Assembly: GCF_004010195.1 (NCBI RefSeq)
Contig: NC_057718.1
Span: 12,508,121-12,572,120 of the forward strand
Source of the DNA: Chiloscyllium plagiosum
Lineage: Eukaryota
DNA length: 64,000 nucleotides
Direction of reading: 5' to 3'
Shown: positions 63,500-64,000 of the stretch, in pieces
Layout of the letters: every line of letters begins with the position of its first letter
Position numbering within the stretch: the first letter of the stretch is position 1
Made by a program: the position numbers and the translations under genes
The notes under the pieces: generated by a model
The model's input: only the letters and a program-made list of their open reading frames with translations
Databases searched by the model: none
Told to the model about the DNA's origin: nothing

Positions 63500-64000
63500 A
63501 AAGTGTTGTTTGGATTTAGCAGCTCACTGTGATGTATGAGCTGCTACATGATGAAGGGTGCTGCTCCCATCCTTTTTAAGTGTAGGGAACCAGGATTTAT
63601 CAAATCTGGTTGAGGAAGGTCACTTCCTGATCTATCTAGAAAAGTCTCTTATCGTAAACATGATTAAGTTTATTGCATGGTAGCAACTAGTTAAGAGGTT
63701 ACCGGAAATGACAGAGATTGTTACAGAGACTTGAAGAGGACCAGATATCAGGTCTCATTCCTTCGAGATCCTAAGCTGTTCTATCCATAAGTCCGCAACC
63801 ACGTACATCTAATGGAGGTAAGGAACAGTATACAATTAAAAGAAAGGGCTTATAAAAATACAAAGAACAGTACAGATGCCACAAAATGGAACAAATAAAA
63901 AGGACCACAAAGCAACTGAGAAGAGCAGTTCAATAGGTTTATGAAGGGAAACATAAAAGACAATAAGAAGGGGCATAAAAGACAATAAGAAGAGATTTTA
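63500..64000 (+). mobile_element. Decayed CR1 LINE fragment (EN/tether region)
   Basis: Resembles the 41700-42300 CR1 segment (CTGATCTATCTAG.., ATAGGTTTATGAAGGGAAAC). Confidence 0.45.

Overview
Repeat-dense eukaryotic DNA, very likely from a shark (elasmobranch): it carries HE1-like V-SINEs, HER1/CR1 LINE fragments and Deu-domain SINEs. I can support no complete host protein-coding gene, and nearly all ORFs in the track are either transposon fragments or spurious. The window reads as intronic or intergenic sequence with nested CR1/L2 LINEs, Penelope-like elements whose termini carry minimal hammerhead ribozyme cores, Tx1/L1-clade 3' ends, Gypsy LTR remnants (one with Gmr1-type PR-INT order), a decayed PIF/Harbinger Myb/SANT ORF and a Tc1/mariner MITE. 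There is a 405-N gap at 17424-17828. Three observations stand out. (1) A solo LTR at 60141-61479 has been hit by three Tx1 3' ends, each preceded by the same short 5' tag that matches the antisense of the initiator tRNA-Met 3' end. (2) A minus-strand polypyrimidine-CAG|GTAAGT motif at 32458-32498 with a 108-nt downstream exon looks like a vertebrate recursive splice site. (3) A minus-strand candidate start-codon exon at 6478-6758 fits the same host gene orientation. Repeat family names come from recognising the sequence by eye, not from database searches, and boundaries of decayed copies are approximate.
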